Shown: one piece after another, positions 26,970-42,080 of the stretch
Position numbering within the stretch: position 1 is the stretch's first letter
Layout of the letters: the number at the start of each line of letters is the position of its first letter
Assembly: GCA_964016885.1 (NCBI GenBank)
Contig: OZ024744.1
Location: 83,452,001-83,516,000 of the forward strand
DNA length: 64,000 bases
Reading direction: 5' to 3'
Origin: Eledone cirrhosa
Lineage: Eukaryota
Notes under the pieces: generated by a model
Seen by the model: only the letters and a program-made list of their open reading frames with translations
Told to the model about the DNA's origin: nothing
Database searches by the model: none
Translations under genes and position numbers: made by a program

Positions 26970-27674
26970 ATATGTATATATATATATATATAACAAAGAG
27001 TGTGTGGTAAGATACCGGGGGAGGGAGATAACGCACCAGAGTACTCAATACTTAGAGCAGGAGAGTGGGAAATAGGAAAAAAGTCAGGACCGCGACGGCA
27101 GAGTTCCGGTAGATCCTAACTAAACCACCAGTATTAGAACGGCGGGAATCTAGCTCGATTCCCGCCGTTCTAATAAGGTTTATTTTTCAGTTTAGTCCCT
27201 GGAAAGGAACAATGCAGTTATTATTAAGGAGAGTTGATATTGATGCATGTAAGATTTCATTGAATTAGCATCACTCCTTCAGCCTATGAAATTTTCAGAC
27301 TACCTTCGTATGTAGGAAAATTAACTTAAATTGTGATATTTTAAGTCGGGTCAAACCTTCAAAACCTTTAGAGTTTATATTTCACGGTTTCAAATTTTTT
27401 TACCATTTCCTTCGACTGTAAAAGCCGTTGAATACAAACCTTCCCTCACTTAATCTGAAAATAATTTGAAATAAATAGAAATGAAGGAAATATAAATATA
27501 TATATAAATAAATATATATATATATAAAAATATATATATATATATATATGTGTGTGTATAATATATTCATTTATTTATATATATATATTTATTTATTTTT
27601 ATATATATTTATATTTCCTTGATTTATATATATATACATATATATATCTGTATATATATATATATATAATATTC

Positions 27675-27771
<97 letters not shown>

Positions 27772-28704
27772 AACCGATATTATCTGTTCTGGCAAAAAGT
27801 TTTTGAAAAAAAAAAATCAAAACCAAAACTAAAATGGATAAAAAGAAGAAACAATGAATGAAAGAATGAAAATCAGACAGAAAGCAGTTATTTGAAGAAA
27901 TATCTTGAATGTTCCATCAATATCTTAAGTTCAGTTGGGATTTGGACAGCTAACGGCAGAATCTTTATCTTAACACCGTATCATTGTGAAAAAGCTAGTG
28001 TATGTCTGAGTTAGCTTTACTCGATTTTGATCTGTCGCCAAAAATATTGTTGTCACGTCATCGTAGATACAAGAATTTTTGCACGTACTTGTTTAACAGA
28101 ACTATGAATTCGTTACCATTTTTTTCTTTTCTTCGATTTATTTTCTTATCCTTTTTAATTTTATTTATCAGTTTCAACTCTTCTTTTATTTATTTTTCTA
28201 TTTTCATTTCTCAATTCTATTTTTATTTCTCTTTCATTTCGCTTTTATCAACCCATTTCCAGTACTTTCAAGCTATTCACTTTTTCCTTCTCTCGCTTTT
28301 TTTCTCTTCTTGTTTTCTTTGCTTTGTCTCCTCCTGCTTCTCTCTCTCTTTCTCTTTCTCCCCCTCACTATTTCTTTCTTTCTCTCACTTTCTCTCTACA
28401 TTTCTCACTTTCTCTGCCTGGCAAATTGTTTATTATATATCTTTAAGCATCATCAACAACATAACAATGTCCTTCCTATATCTTCGACTAGGTTTCCTTT
28501 TAACTAATGTTTTACTTTTTGGGTTTTTCAAGTGTTGGCTCAAGGAAATATAGGTTCAATAATTGATAAAATGTTGGTAGCTGTTCCAAGGTCTTCTAAC
28601 AAATAATCGCATTAAATTAACGTCTGCTACTAAATAGCAACAACAACGACAACAATAAAGAAAGTAAACCGCAACAATCACAAGGATAGACACACACACA
28701 CACA

Positions 28705-28755
<51 letters not shown>

Positions 28756-28759
<4 letters not shown>

Positions 28760-29335
28760 TTTGCCCCTCGTTATCGAGTATGACCATTGCCCGTTATACC
28801 ATTATTAATAATTATTAATTAATTCTATCGTGAAATGCCTGTGCCAGGAAATACTGTGCAATGAGCCAATCCCAGTCTCTGAGCGACAGTAGCTATAACC
28901 CGAAAAGAAGAAAAGATCAACATCATCGGTAACTACTGAGCCGCAGGTTTTATGTCGGAGTTATCCCAGTTTCCTGAGTTGCCTTCTCCTCGAAGAATGC
29001 CCTGACAAAAACTAGGGAACCATCACTCCCAGTAGTTTAACCGCGCGATCGGGTGTCCAGCTCGACTTATTCTATGTCCCCGCGCATATACATACACATG
29101 CACCCATGTATATACACATATACATATACATACATATGTACAAGTGTATATACATATTTACACACTTTCGGATGGCCGTTGACTCTTATGAGTTCTTCTT
29201 TGTCAGATTTTGTTTTTTGTCCTGCAGGGTGTCCAAAATCACCCTCCTCACCAAGTAAACTTGGTGGGGTTGCCGGTTTAGTCGCTGGTCGTATTGGGTT
29301 ACATGTTACGAGTAGCACTCAAGAGTGACCCGACA
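28756..29335 (-). mobile_element. Related subfamily of the RTE-related element, interrupted by simple repeat
   Basis: Shares blocks with 8922-9520 (TCGAGTA.G.CCA, AAGAAGAA.AAG.TCAACATCAT, CACCCTCCTCACCAAG..CTTGGTGGGGTTGCC.GTTTAGTCGC). A second copy is at 59059-59366. Confidence 0.7.
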
Positions 29336-29339
29336 TAAT

Positions 29340-29444
<105 letters not shown>

Positions 29445-29523
29445 TTAAGTTAAGTCAATGAAATAAAAAATCAAGTCATACGATCGTTTCTAGGTCTGTG
29501 TATATATATATATATATATATAT

Positions 29524-29589
<66 letters not shown>

Positions 29590-29803
29590 CGGAGAAAGCT
29601 AAAAGCGATACTCCGACCAAGTTCCAACTAACTCACTCAACAAACATTAGGAAATACCTGAGTATATTCCTAATTAAACCTTCGGGGTGCTAACTAATTG
29701 TATTGTGTGGAAAATTGGCTGTATCATTTCATATGAGATATATCAAATATATCTCTTCCCAGACGACTCGTTTCACTATAAGATTTCTACAAGTTGGGTG
29801 AAA

Positions 29804-29842
<39 letters not shown>

Positions 29843-29990
29843 AACATATATATATAATATATAAATATACATATATACATATGTGTGTGTGTGTATGTGT
29901 GCGTGTATATATATATACCCACACTACTACCTAAGTATTGAGTACTTTGGTACGTTATAGTCCATCTGGTTCCTTACCACATTTCCTTCG

Positions 29991-30063
<73 letters not shown>

Positions 30064-30281
30064 CAGTATTTACGTATCGAGAGAGAGAAAAAAAGGGGAG
30101 GATAGGTGATAACTATAGTTATTTGTCAAGTAGTGTATGCCAAAGGTGCTCGATACTAGTGCCGGCAGTATTAAATATTCGAAGTGTTAATATTTAGTGA
30201 GCTAGAGAGTTAGCAGAGCGTAAGCACGTGGGAAACTAAGAAATCGGAGAATAGACCGTTAAAACATGTTTATTTAGAACA

Positions 30282-30321
30282 GCACCTACGTACGTTTCGC
30301 CCAGTTGGGCTTCTCAAGGGC
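30282..30321 (-). ncRNA. Minimal hammerhead with U3:A8 core covariation
   Basis: Minus strand reads GCCC-UUGAGAA-GCCC(AACU)GGGC-GAAA-CGUACG-UA/GGUGC. Stem III is the palindrome ACGUACGU, the cleavage triplet is GUA, and C3:G8 is replaced by U3:A8. Confidence 0.65.
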
Positions 30322-30963
30322 ATAATTTATGTTCATAACTACAGGAGCAAACTTATCACTGATATGATAACTATAAAAACCAAATATGTTCAGGGAACGC
30401 CATGAGAATAGGTCATATCACGCTGATGTTAAAGCTCCGTGAAATAAAACACTTAGATAGTCTTGGACATCGCCTTGTGTCTTCTCGAGTATGCCATCAT
30501 TCGTCATTTATGGGCTTCACTAACCATTTATAGAATACTTGTGTGTATATCGATAATCGACCATATTTTGGTGCTTGAACTCTTATGGTATAGTGACTTT
30601 CTGTGCGGCGACTTTGAGTCTCGTTGATCTTTAGATTGAGACGGGTTCTTTTTTGATTTCGTTAATTTCCACTAAGCGCTCAACTTCCATTTCTACCCCC
30701 ATCGTTGCATGGTGTTGCATTGGAAAATGTTGCCTTCAGTCGTTTTACTGAATCTCTGAGGGAAAGAGTGATATTTGTAAAACCTTCTTTATCGCTACCA
30801 GGTCTATCTATTTTCGGCTATTTTTCTGAGAGAAGGCCGCTGGTAGCTGGTATTTAAAGTAGCAGAAAATGTAATAGATGAATCAACAGTAGCGCCAGTA
30901 ACATGAGCAACAACAATAGTAGCAGCAACGGCAATGGGAGTAGCAGCATCAGCAGCAGCAGCT

Positions 30964-31227
30964 GATGATGATGATGATGACGACGACGACCACGATGATG
31001 ATGATGATTATGATGATGATGATGATGATGATGATGATGGTAGTGATGATGATGATAATGATGGATGATGGAAGTGGTGGTGATGATGAAGATGATGATG
31101 ATGATGATAATGATGATGATGATGATGATGGTGATGGTGATGGTGATGATGATGATGGTGATGATGATGATGATGATGATGATGGTAGTGATGATGGTTA
31201 TAATGATGGATGATGGAAGTGGTGGTG

Positions 31228-31258
<31 letters not shown>

Positions 31259-31410
31259 TAGTGATGATGATGATAATGATGGATGATGGAAGTGGTGGTG
31301 ATGATGAAGAGGAAGATGATGAAGATGATGATGAGGATGATAATAGTGGTGGTGGTGGTGGTGTTGGAAATGCGGGCTGATAGATTTTGGTGGTGGTGGT
31401 GGTGATGGAA
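30964..31410. repeat. Compound (GAT)n/(GGT)n block
   Basis: Read directly; ATGGATGATGGAAGTGGTGGTG recurs three times. Confidence 0.9.
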
Positions 31411-31835
31411 TTGGAATATCAGAATAATTGATGATGTAAACCTCAATATTGACAGATAAAGTTTAAAGAAGTACTATTTTCCTACTATCTTTTACAGGCG
31501 ACATTTAAGAGATCCCCAGCAACAACCTTATACTTTACATTGGCGACAATAAATGTCTAATTTAATATCAATACTTTTTTCTGGGGTTTTACCTGAAAGG
31601 CTAGAGAGTTTTCTAAATTCTTTTATTTTTTGTTTGTTTTTGTTCTGCTTGCATAATATAACACAAACAGTTTAATAAATAGAAATGTAAACTTTTAAAT
31701 ATTCTTCATAAAACATTAAACTGTGCTATTTTTGTAATTATAACTGGAATACCACCGGAAGATAAACGATTATTCAAAAATTCAAAACATTTTAAAGAAA
31801 TATGTTTCATTAACATTGAAAACATCTCATTTAAA

Positions 31836-31871
<36 letters not shown>

Positions 31872-31878
31872 GTACATG

Positions 31879-31990
<112 letters not shown>

Positions 31991-31998
31991 CATACATA

Positions 31999-32052
<54 letters not shown>

Positions 32053-32634
32053 AATGAAGTATTTCCGTCGGAAAGGTACAGGAAAAAAGAGTGCTCTATG
32101 TAGGCTACAGAGCTTATTAGCTATATAATAAACAACATAAGATAATTATTACATTTACCAGTGGTTTATTGAAGGCAGATGTTGTGTTTGTCTTCAGTCG
32201 TCATAATGTCACTCTGACGACTGAAGACAGACACAACATCTGAGTTTCAGATCCTGTTAAGTGTGAAAGAGCGTTTCTTTGCTTAAACATTAATCTGTTA
32301 TTTTAATAAATATTTGGTCTACGGTTCTTATATATTTGATATATATTTATCCTTATCGAGCCCTCTTTGGATTTTAGTCTTCAAATTTATTATTATTACT
32401 ATATATATATAATATAATATCAAAAGATGGTTAAAAGAGTTCCATGTATTTTATTATGCGCATTTCAAAAAGAAATATCATCATGAGATGACATTTGCAT
32501 TTTCGTCAGATAAAATAGGGAGACATGATATGAAGGTTAAAAAACACTTGTGAATAGTGCAGTTTTAAATCAACCGATATCTGCATTGCTTTATTGTACT
32601 ACAATAAAAACTCACCTCCTACATTATATAAATA

Positions 32635-32713
<79 letters not shown>

Positions 32714-33363
32714 ATTTATATATATATATATATTTAAGAATTTAATTTGAACAAAGTAGAGAAGATAATGCTTTCATTATGAAATAACAATAACAATAAC
32801 AATAACAATAACAATAACAACAACAATAATGATTTCAATAACAATAGTGGTTACTTTTATTTATTAATTTAGCCATATATGCTTAATATATTTGAGAGAG
32901 AACATGAACGGAATATACTATATCCAATGGGAGATTATATTGATCTTTAAAAACTTAAATTTCAATATAAACAATAATTGTTTCTACTTTAGGCACAAGG
33001 CCAGCAATTACCCAGTGCATTACTGGTACTTTATTTTATCGACCCCGTAAGGATGAAAGGCAAAGTTAACCTCGGTGGGATTTGAACTCAGAATGGCAAT
33101 GGCCGTAACTCTATGCAAACAATAATACAAACAATTTTACAGATCCAAGATTATTCATGTTTACAAGCGCAAGAGCTCTCTGCCGACTTCATTGATATTT
33201 TACCCTTTTCTACATTGATTAAATATATTATAATATTTTATGCGGTGGAACAGTAATTTCAAACGTTAAGTTTCCTCATTGCTTCAAAAAGCAATAGTTG
33301 TATATCTATATATATATACGGTATATAGACCTGTCTACCTCACAAATATATATATATATATAT

Positions 33364-33416
33364 ATTGTACAACCAGACCTGGTGATGTTGCCTGGATTCA
33401 CGTAACCAGGCCATTG

Positions 33417-33475
<59 letters not shown>

Positions 33476-33524
33476 ACAATCCGGACCTGGTGATGTTGCC
33501 TGGATTCACGTAACCAGGCCATTG

Positions 33525-33555
<31 letters not shown>

Positions 33556-33604
33556 ACAATAAGGACCTGGTGATGTTGCCTGGATTCACGTAACCAGGCC
33601 ATTG

Positions 33605-33657
<53 letters not shown>

Positions 33658-33706
33658 ACAATAAGGACCTGGTGATGTTGCCTGGATTCACGTAACCAGG
33701 CCATTG

Positions 33707-33741
<35 letters not shown>

Positions 33742-33793
33742 ACAATCCGGACCTGGTGATGTTGCCTGGATTCACGTAACCAGGCCATTGAAA
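33364..33793 (+). repeat. Array of five ~55-bp HHR-like units separated by variable (TA)n
   Basis: The unit ATTGTACAAT(CC/AA)GGAC-CTGGTGA-TGTTGCCTGG-ATTCACGTAA-CCAGGCCATT-GAAA starts at about 33364, 33471, 33551, 33653 and 33737. Confidence 0.9.
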
Positions 33794-34150
33794 TATATAT
33801 ATATATATTTTCGTTTTTTGCAACAATAAAACTTTAATGGGATATTTATATTCCACCACTACATCTGACCTTTTCATTAACCCCCCTTTACACCTACCTT
33901 CACATTCAACACCTGCCTCCCACTGACCATTTAAAATTCTATGACTATGTCCATTATCACCTTATTCTTTTTCACATAGCCCTATCCTCCCCCACTGCCA
34001 CCACCACAATATCCACCTTATCAAAATTAAATCCTCCCATCCCTCATGCGTGAAACAATAATACGTATAATTATCAGAATTTTTGTTAGGTACCCAGTTT
34101 CTCTCTCTTTCATTCTCTTTCTCACTCTCTCGTTCTCACTATGGCTCATT

Positions 34151-34264
<114 letters not shown>

Positions 34265-34962
34265 TCTCTCTCTCTAACCTTCACTTTCCTCTCTCCTTTT
34301 CTAGAATAAATCAGTTGTGTTCCGACTCGGAGAGGGCACGGGCTTTAATAGGTTCAAAGTACTCAAAACGTATTCCACGACACCGTTTCTCACGACTCCA
34401 TCAGGAATCTATACATGCATACATACACATAAGGATATTCACACGTAGCTACACACACTTACACACAACCATACACACACGCAAACACACACACACACAC
34501 ATACACACACACACACACATACACACGCACGCACACAACCATACACACATGCAAACACACACACACACACATACTCACACACACACACACACATTCACAC
34601 ACACACATCCATGCACACATGCATTCTAACACGCACACAAATACAAAAAAAAAAAACACCCACGCATATAAACATAAACATATATATATAAAAATATCGG
34701 ATAATTTGTCCAAAAATATTAATATATAGATTACTTCTAGAAATATAGAAATATATATCTTAAATACTACGTAGGATAATTTATGCAATACATATTGAAA
34801 TATTCATTGTTTTAAACAATATAAATTTCAAGTATTGAATGGATAATCAATATACCTATGTAGTAATGTATCAACTGAAATATAAATTATTCTATGTGAA
34901 GTGTTAAATGTGTTCTTATATAAACAGAAGAATGTCCAATAGTTTGATGAACTGAAAATGAT

Positions 34963-36125
<1,163 letters not shown>

Positions 36126-36291
36126 TAGATTCAATAATTGACTTTCTTTTAAATAGAAACTACACAGGATTAACGTCCCTTAAGCTAACCCTGGACTTTC
36201 AGGTATTGCGGGATTTTGGCACGTCACTCTTTCACTCCACTACAGGCAAAGGGCCTTTAAACACTGAAGCTATAAGGGGCATATATATATA

Positions 36292-36367
<76 letters not shown>

Positions 36368-36446
36368 TATATGTATATATATATATATATATATGTATAT
36401 GTATTGGCCGGAGTATCGCTAAAAGCTTTCTCTGATAATATATTAA

Positions 36447-36480
<34 letters not shown>

Positions 36481-36489
<9 letters not shown>

Positions 36490-36957
36490 TGAGATCCTAG
36501 CTCCCACATTTTTCAGCCGATTTCGTTCAAATTCGTAACTTCGGCTCCACCTCACACATAAATCAATTTATTTGGTTCAACTTTTATACTACGATAGAAC
36601 CTATTAGCTCCCACATTTTTCAACCGATTTCGTTCAAATTCGAAACTTCGGCTCCACCTCACACATAAATCAATTTATTTGGTTCAACTTTTATACTACG
36701 ATAGAACCTATCATTGCACATCTTATAGTTGCTTTACACTTTGCATTTATTGTTCAGGGACGGCGTGGCAGCCGTTTAACTCTTCAAAATACGATTTATC
36801 CACCTCCCACATATTCCATACGATTTCACTCAACATTTCGCCATTTGCTACACCTTACGACCGATTTTCAAGAAACTCGCAGTCGCTAAGTTCAACACCT
36901 TTTCATCAAAGCAGATATTATTTTACCTACCCAGGCAACGCTGGGTACTGTTGCTAG
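36481..36957 (+). mobile_element. Helitron-like element with internal 107-bp tandem duplication
   Basis: 3' hairpin TACCCAG-GCAACG-CTGGGTA is followed by CTAG|T. 36498-36604 is duplicated at 36605-36711. Confidence 0.65.
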
Positions 36958-37016
36958 TATATATCTATATATCTATATATATATCTATATATCTATCTCT
37001 CTATATATATATATAC

Positions 37017-37083
<67 letters not shown>

Positions 37084-37423
37084 GAGATATATATTCATGA
37101 GATCCTAGACCACGGTTGACTGCATATAGCCTAGTGGTAAGGGACTTTCGAGCTAACGTCGTAGGTTCGATTTATAACGAGATGACACGTTGTGTCTCGA
37201 GAAAAACGCTTTATTTCATGCTGCTACAGTATACTCAGCGGGAAATGAATACCATCATTAACTGTTAGCTAACAATTTATCGCTATCGAAACATTGGATA
37301 TATACAACTGACGTGGAGTGCTCTTTCCTACTTACACCTGTTTATCAACATGGCGTTACAAAACAACTAAGTAATTAGCAACTATATTTATTCCTCTCAT
37401 ATACACACACACACAACACACAC

Positions 37424-37486
<63 letters not shown>

Positions 37487-38317
37487 TGCGTGAGGTATGA
37501 GATGAGAGAATATATATGTATATATAAATATATGTATATATAATTGGAGGCTTAGTAAAATCGGATCTTTGGTGGCGTGCAAGCAAATTCGACCTACGAT
37601 AAGAATGTGTTAGCAAAGCACTCGACAAGGGTAGGTCCTTAGAGTAATAACATACGTTTAAATAGCTTGACAATATATGGATATATATAAATATATATTT
37701 GCGCATGTATCTATGTGCGCAATTCTCTGTGAAGACGCGTAGCTTAGTGGTTAGGCTGTTGGGATCAAATTCGTAAAGCCGTGAATTCAGCTGCTAGACA
37801 GGACAAACATATTGAGACCTTGAGCAGGACACTTTATTTCACATTGCTCCAGTTCACCCAGTTGAACAAAAATGAGTTTTGATCAGTCTTTCACAAGGTG
37901 GAAACTTGAGAAAGTTGTTTTGTGGATGATCATTAGTCTTCCTTACACGCTCGTCTCCTTTTTCCACCCCACCGATGTTATCCATGGTAAGGCAAATTCC
38001 CGTACAGGTTAACATCCGTATATGGAATACGTTGGTGTATCTCATACACTGTGTATATACTACGAATTACAGGACGGTGTATTTATATGTGCTTTAATTG
38101 ACTAGTCTACCATTAGACGAATACCAATATGAAGTTCAAAGCTTCGTGTGTGAGCGAGTAAATGGATGAGAGACATGACATCCAGTCGATAGCTATTTAT
38201 TTTGTTATTTTGTGAATATATATATATATCACCGTTTCCTCCTACCCCCTTTTTGCTATATGTCTCTCCACCACTACCCTACACACCCTTTGAACTCTCT
38301 TCCCACACACTTTTCAC

Positions 38318-38345
38318 CTGAAGAAGGGCTTATGCCCGAAACGTC
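38318..38345 (+). ncRNA. Minimal hammerhead core with degenerate stem I
   Basis: CUGAAGA-A-GGGC(UUAU)GCCC-GAAAC-GUC. The sequence after the cleavage site runs into poly-C, so stem I has only about 1 bp. Confidence 0.55.
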
Positions 38346-38554
38346 GCCCCCCCCCCCCCCACCACCACCCCACTCTCAAGAGCGTGAAATTAATAAACAT
38401 TCGTTGTACTGCCTCTCTGTTTTGTTCCTCTTCAAATTTTCCATTATATATATATATGGGTGGGTGTGTATATAGCGCCTTTGTGTTTCTCATACATCAT
38501 GTTTATACTGCTCTTTGTAGGTCGGTGCAGTTGTGTGTGATTTAAGTGACGGCT

Positions 38555-38664
<110 letters not shown>

Positions 38665-38861
38665 CTTATACATACATATATATTTATATTTATACTTATA
38701 CATACATACACACACCCACATATATATATATATATAATATATTTATATATATATTTAAATACTTATGTATATATATATATATATATATATATACATAAGT
38801 ATTTAAATATATATATAAATATATATTATATATATATGTGTGTGTGTGTATGTATGTATGT

Positions 38862-38951
<90 letters not shown>

Positions 38952-41584
38952 GTGTGTGTGAATGTATGTATGTTTGTGTATGTGTGTGTGTGTGTGTGTG
39001 CGCGTGTGCTTCTATAGATTGTGTGTGGTCAGATTATATGCCTTTTTGTATATATGTTTCTTATGAAACGATTAGTCCTGTTAGACTCCAAAACGTCAAT
39101 GAGATTTCTTTAGTTGATCCTTGAAATGATTTATTGAAAGCCATTCTAGAATGTTTCTTTGTGTTCTTTGTTACATTCACACTTTTTAATGACTATCCTT
39201 TAACAAACATAGTTGGCTAAGTATAAATGTTGGTATATAAAGAATGGTTGTTAGATTTGATATCTTTATTACTGTTACTTTCTCGTGCTTCTTCTATGTG
39301 TTTATGTTTTTTATCAGCAGAAGACAGCGAATATTTTTATTCTGCGTAGCCAATACAATCTAACTTGGACTAGTTGGATTGAAATACATATTAATAATAG
39401 TTTAATTCTGTTAATTATGAGTGACAACGGAACTTAAGAAAATATATGCGTATGTTGTATAATTTTGGAGGGATCATTGTTTTTACAGAAAAAAATATAT
39501 TTTCGATACTTCGATGAGTTTGGTAACGAGCCACCACTACTACTACCACCACCAAGACTGTCGCCTAAATCTGATGGTTTGAATGAATTATGTTTGTTAT
39601 CGAATTTTTATTTTACAGTTAACTCTAATTCGATCCTTTCTAAGTCTCTGATGGGACGAAACGCTGATAATCTGATAGAAACAAACTTGTAAAGGAGATA
39701 GAACATATTTAGTAGAAACGACCATCTAAGGGTATAATGGGAGAGAACAATATCGTTAAACTTTCTACCCTATACTACTAACAAGAATAATTCATGTAGG
39801 ATATTGTAAGACATTTTTTATATTTCCGAGGTCACAGATTATAACTCCACACAATCGGTATACATTAGTGAAATAGTCTTTTTGACTTAATGGTTGATAA
39901 GATGGCGGACTGCTTCACTTATACATCGTTCGGTGTCAAAGGCCGATCTCTCAATAGCTAAGGACTATAATACCATATAATATGACACAAGAGGAACCCA
40001 TAAATGAATGAAACAAATCAATAAATTATAGGCCCTTATTTCATCGTATCTGATAGGAAAGAAAAAACATAGACGTTGCTTCTATGCTTTAAATTAGAAT
40101 CTATGGGGCCAAAATAAAATACAGACAGGGCATTTGTTAACCTACAGCCCTTATGTATTAAAATTATAAAGATTTCCTTTGAAAAGTTTTAAAGCCAATT
40201 TTTTAAAAAGGGAATACAATTAATAGTATGAACATGATTGATTTTAGTGTATGAGTGATACTCATTTTATAAAGGAATAAAATATAAAGCCCTGATTAAT
40301 CTGATTTATATTCCAACACAATCGATCAGAAATGAATTCTAAATGGCATTAATTATGGCGTTCTATAGTTTCTGTCAGATAACTAGCTCTCCCATAATAT
40401 TCATATTTAAACCAGCAGTTTGCCATTGGATCTATGAAACACAACTAAAATTTCTATTTAAATTTATTACACTCAAATGTATTATACGTTCCGTTAGTCA
40501 AATATCTTTTTTCACAATGAGACTATGCTTAAATATGAAGCTTACTTTCAATACATAAAATAATATCTAAAATGTTTCTTAAACGTGTTCTTAGAATCTC
40601 AAAACGATTTCATGATAGACAGTGAACATAAAGAGTGTTCCAGAGGCTAAAGTTTAATTTAATTAATTACATTTAATAAATTTAATTAAATTATTTTCTA
40701 ATTTATCTTTATTAAATCTAAAAGATATACGTTTCAAGTTATGGTGATACTGTACGATGCATACAAGTCATATTGTTGGGTCGTCGAAACCTGAAATGGA
40801 AAATAGCAATTATTACGAATTTGAAGAGTGAGTTATAAAGGTACAAGATCACGATGCGAGTAATCGGGAATTTAGAATTACGAGAGAAAAAAAAATCAAA
40901 ATTAAATAAAATACTGGAGATGGTAAGTTGAAATTCTTCGTCTCTTTTACAAGAGAGGAGATAAAAGAAAAATCAATGATAATAACCAAATTCCTGGTAA
41001 CCATGAAGGTGATTATGGTGCTTCTGCTGATATATAGAACCAGTATGATGATGATGATGATGATGATGAGGATGATGAAACGGAGGAGGGCAGATAGGTT
41101 GATGTGATGGTGGGGGGTAATATTGTTGCTGTTGTTGATAATGGTTGTAGTGATAATGAGAAGGATGGTGTTGATAATGATGATGATGAGAGATAACAAT
41201 AGTGTTCCTTTGTTTTAAACGTTCAAGTATTCTCAAATTTTTCCTACTTTTATCAGCGTCTTACGTGTATTGTATGTATGATATCAAATTGCAACGAACA
41301 TATATATATATTGACATACAATATGGAGATAGGAAATCTAAAACGCTGTATGGCACAGCAGTCAGTTAGCAGATATTGAATGGAAGACAGTCAGAGTCGG
41401 AATAATGTCTACTTGCCTTTTCGTATCTAGGAAATGTAAAAACAATAGCAGTCGAAACTGACTCGGTATCTTTCAGGAAACGAAATGAAATCATAATCAG
41501 AATATGGCTACATACGCAGACATACAAATACAGATACATCCCCCAAAATACAAACAGACACACATGCACACGCACACGCACACG

Positions 41585-41637
<53 letters not shown>

Positions 41638-41769
41638 CACATATACACGCACACACATATATATATACGCACATATGTATATAAATACAGGCACACACAC
41701 ACAAACACACACGCACAAACATATATATATATATATATACGCACATATGTATATAAATGTGTATTTATT

Positions 41770-41814
<45 letters not shown>

Positions 41815-41889
41815 TGGACTAGAACTGTTTCCTAATTATTTCTTCGGAATGAAACAGCTCTAGTTCTGTAGAAGCCATATATATATTAA

Positions 41890-42080
<191 letters not shown>

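Noticed and set aside
33364-33793. CRISPR-like repeat-spacer appearance
   Set aside because: The spacers are pure (TA)n, the context is eukaryotic and there are no cas genes. Kept as an HHR-like array instead.
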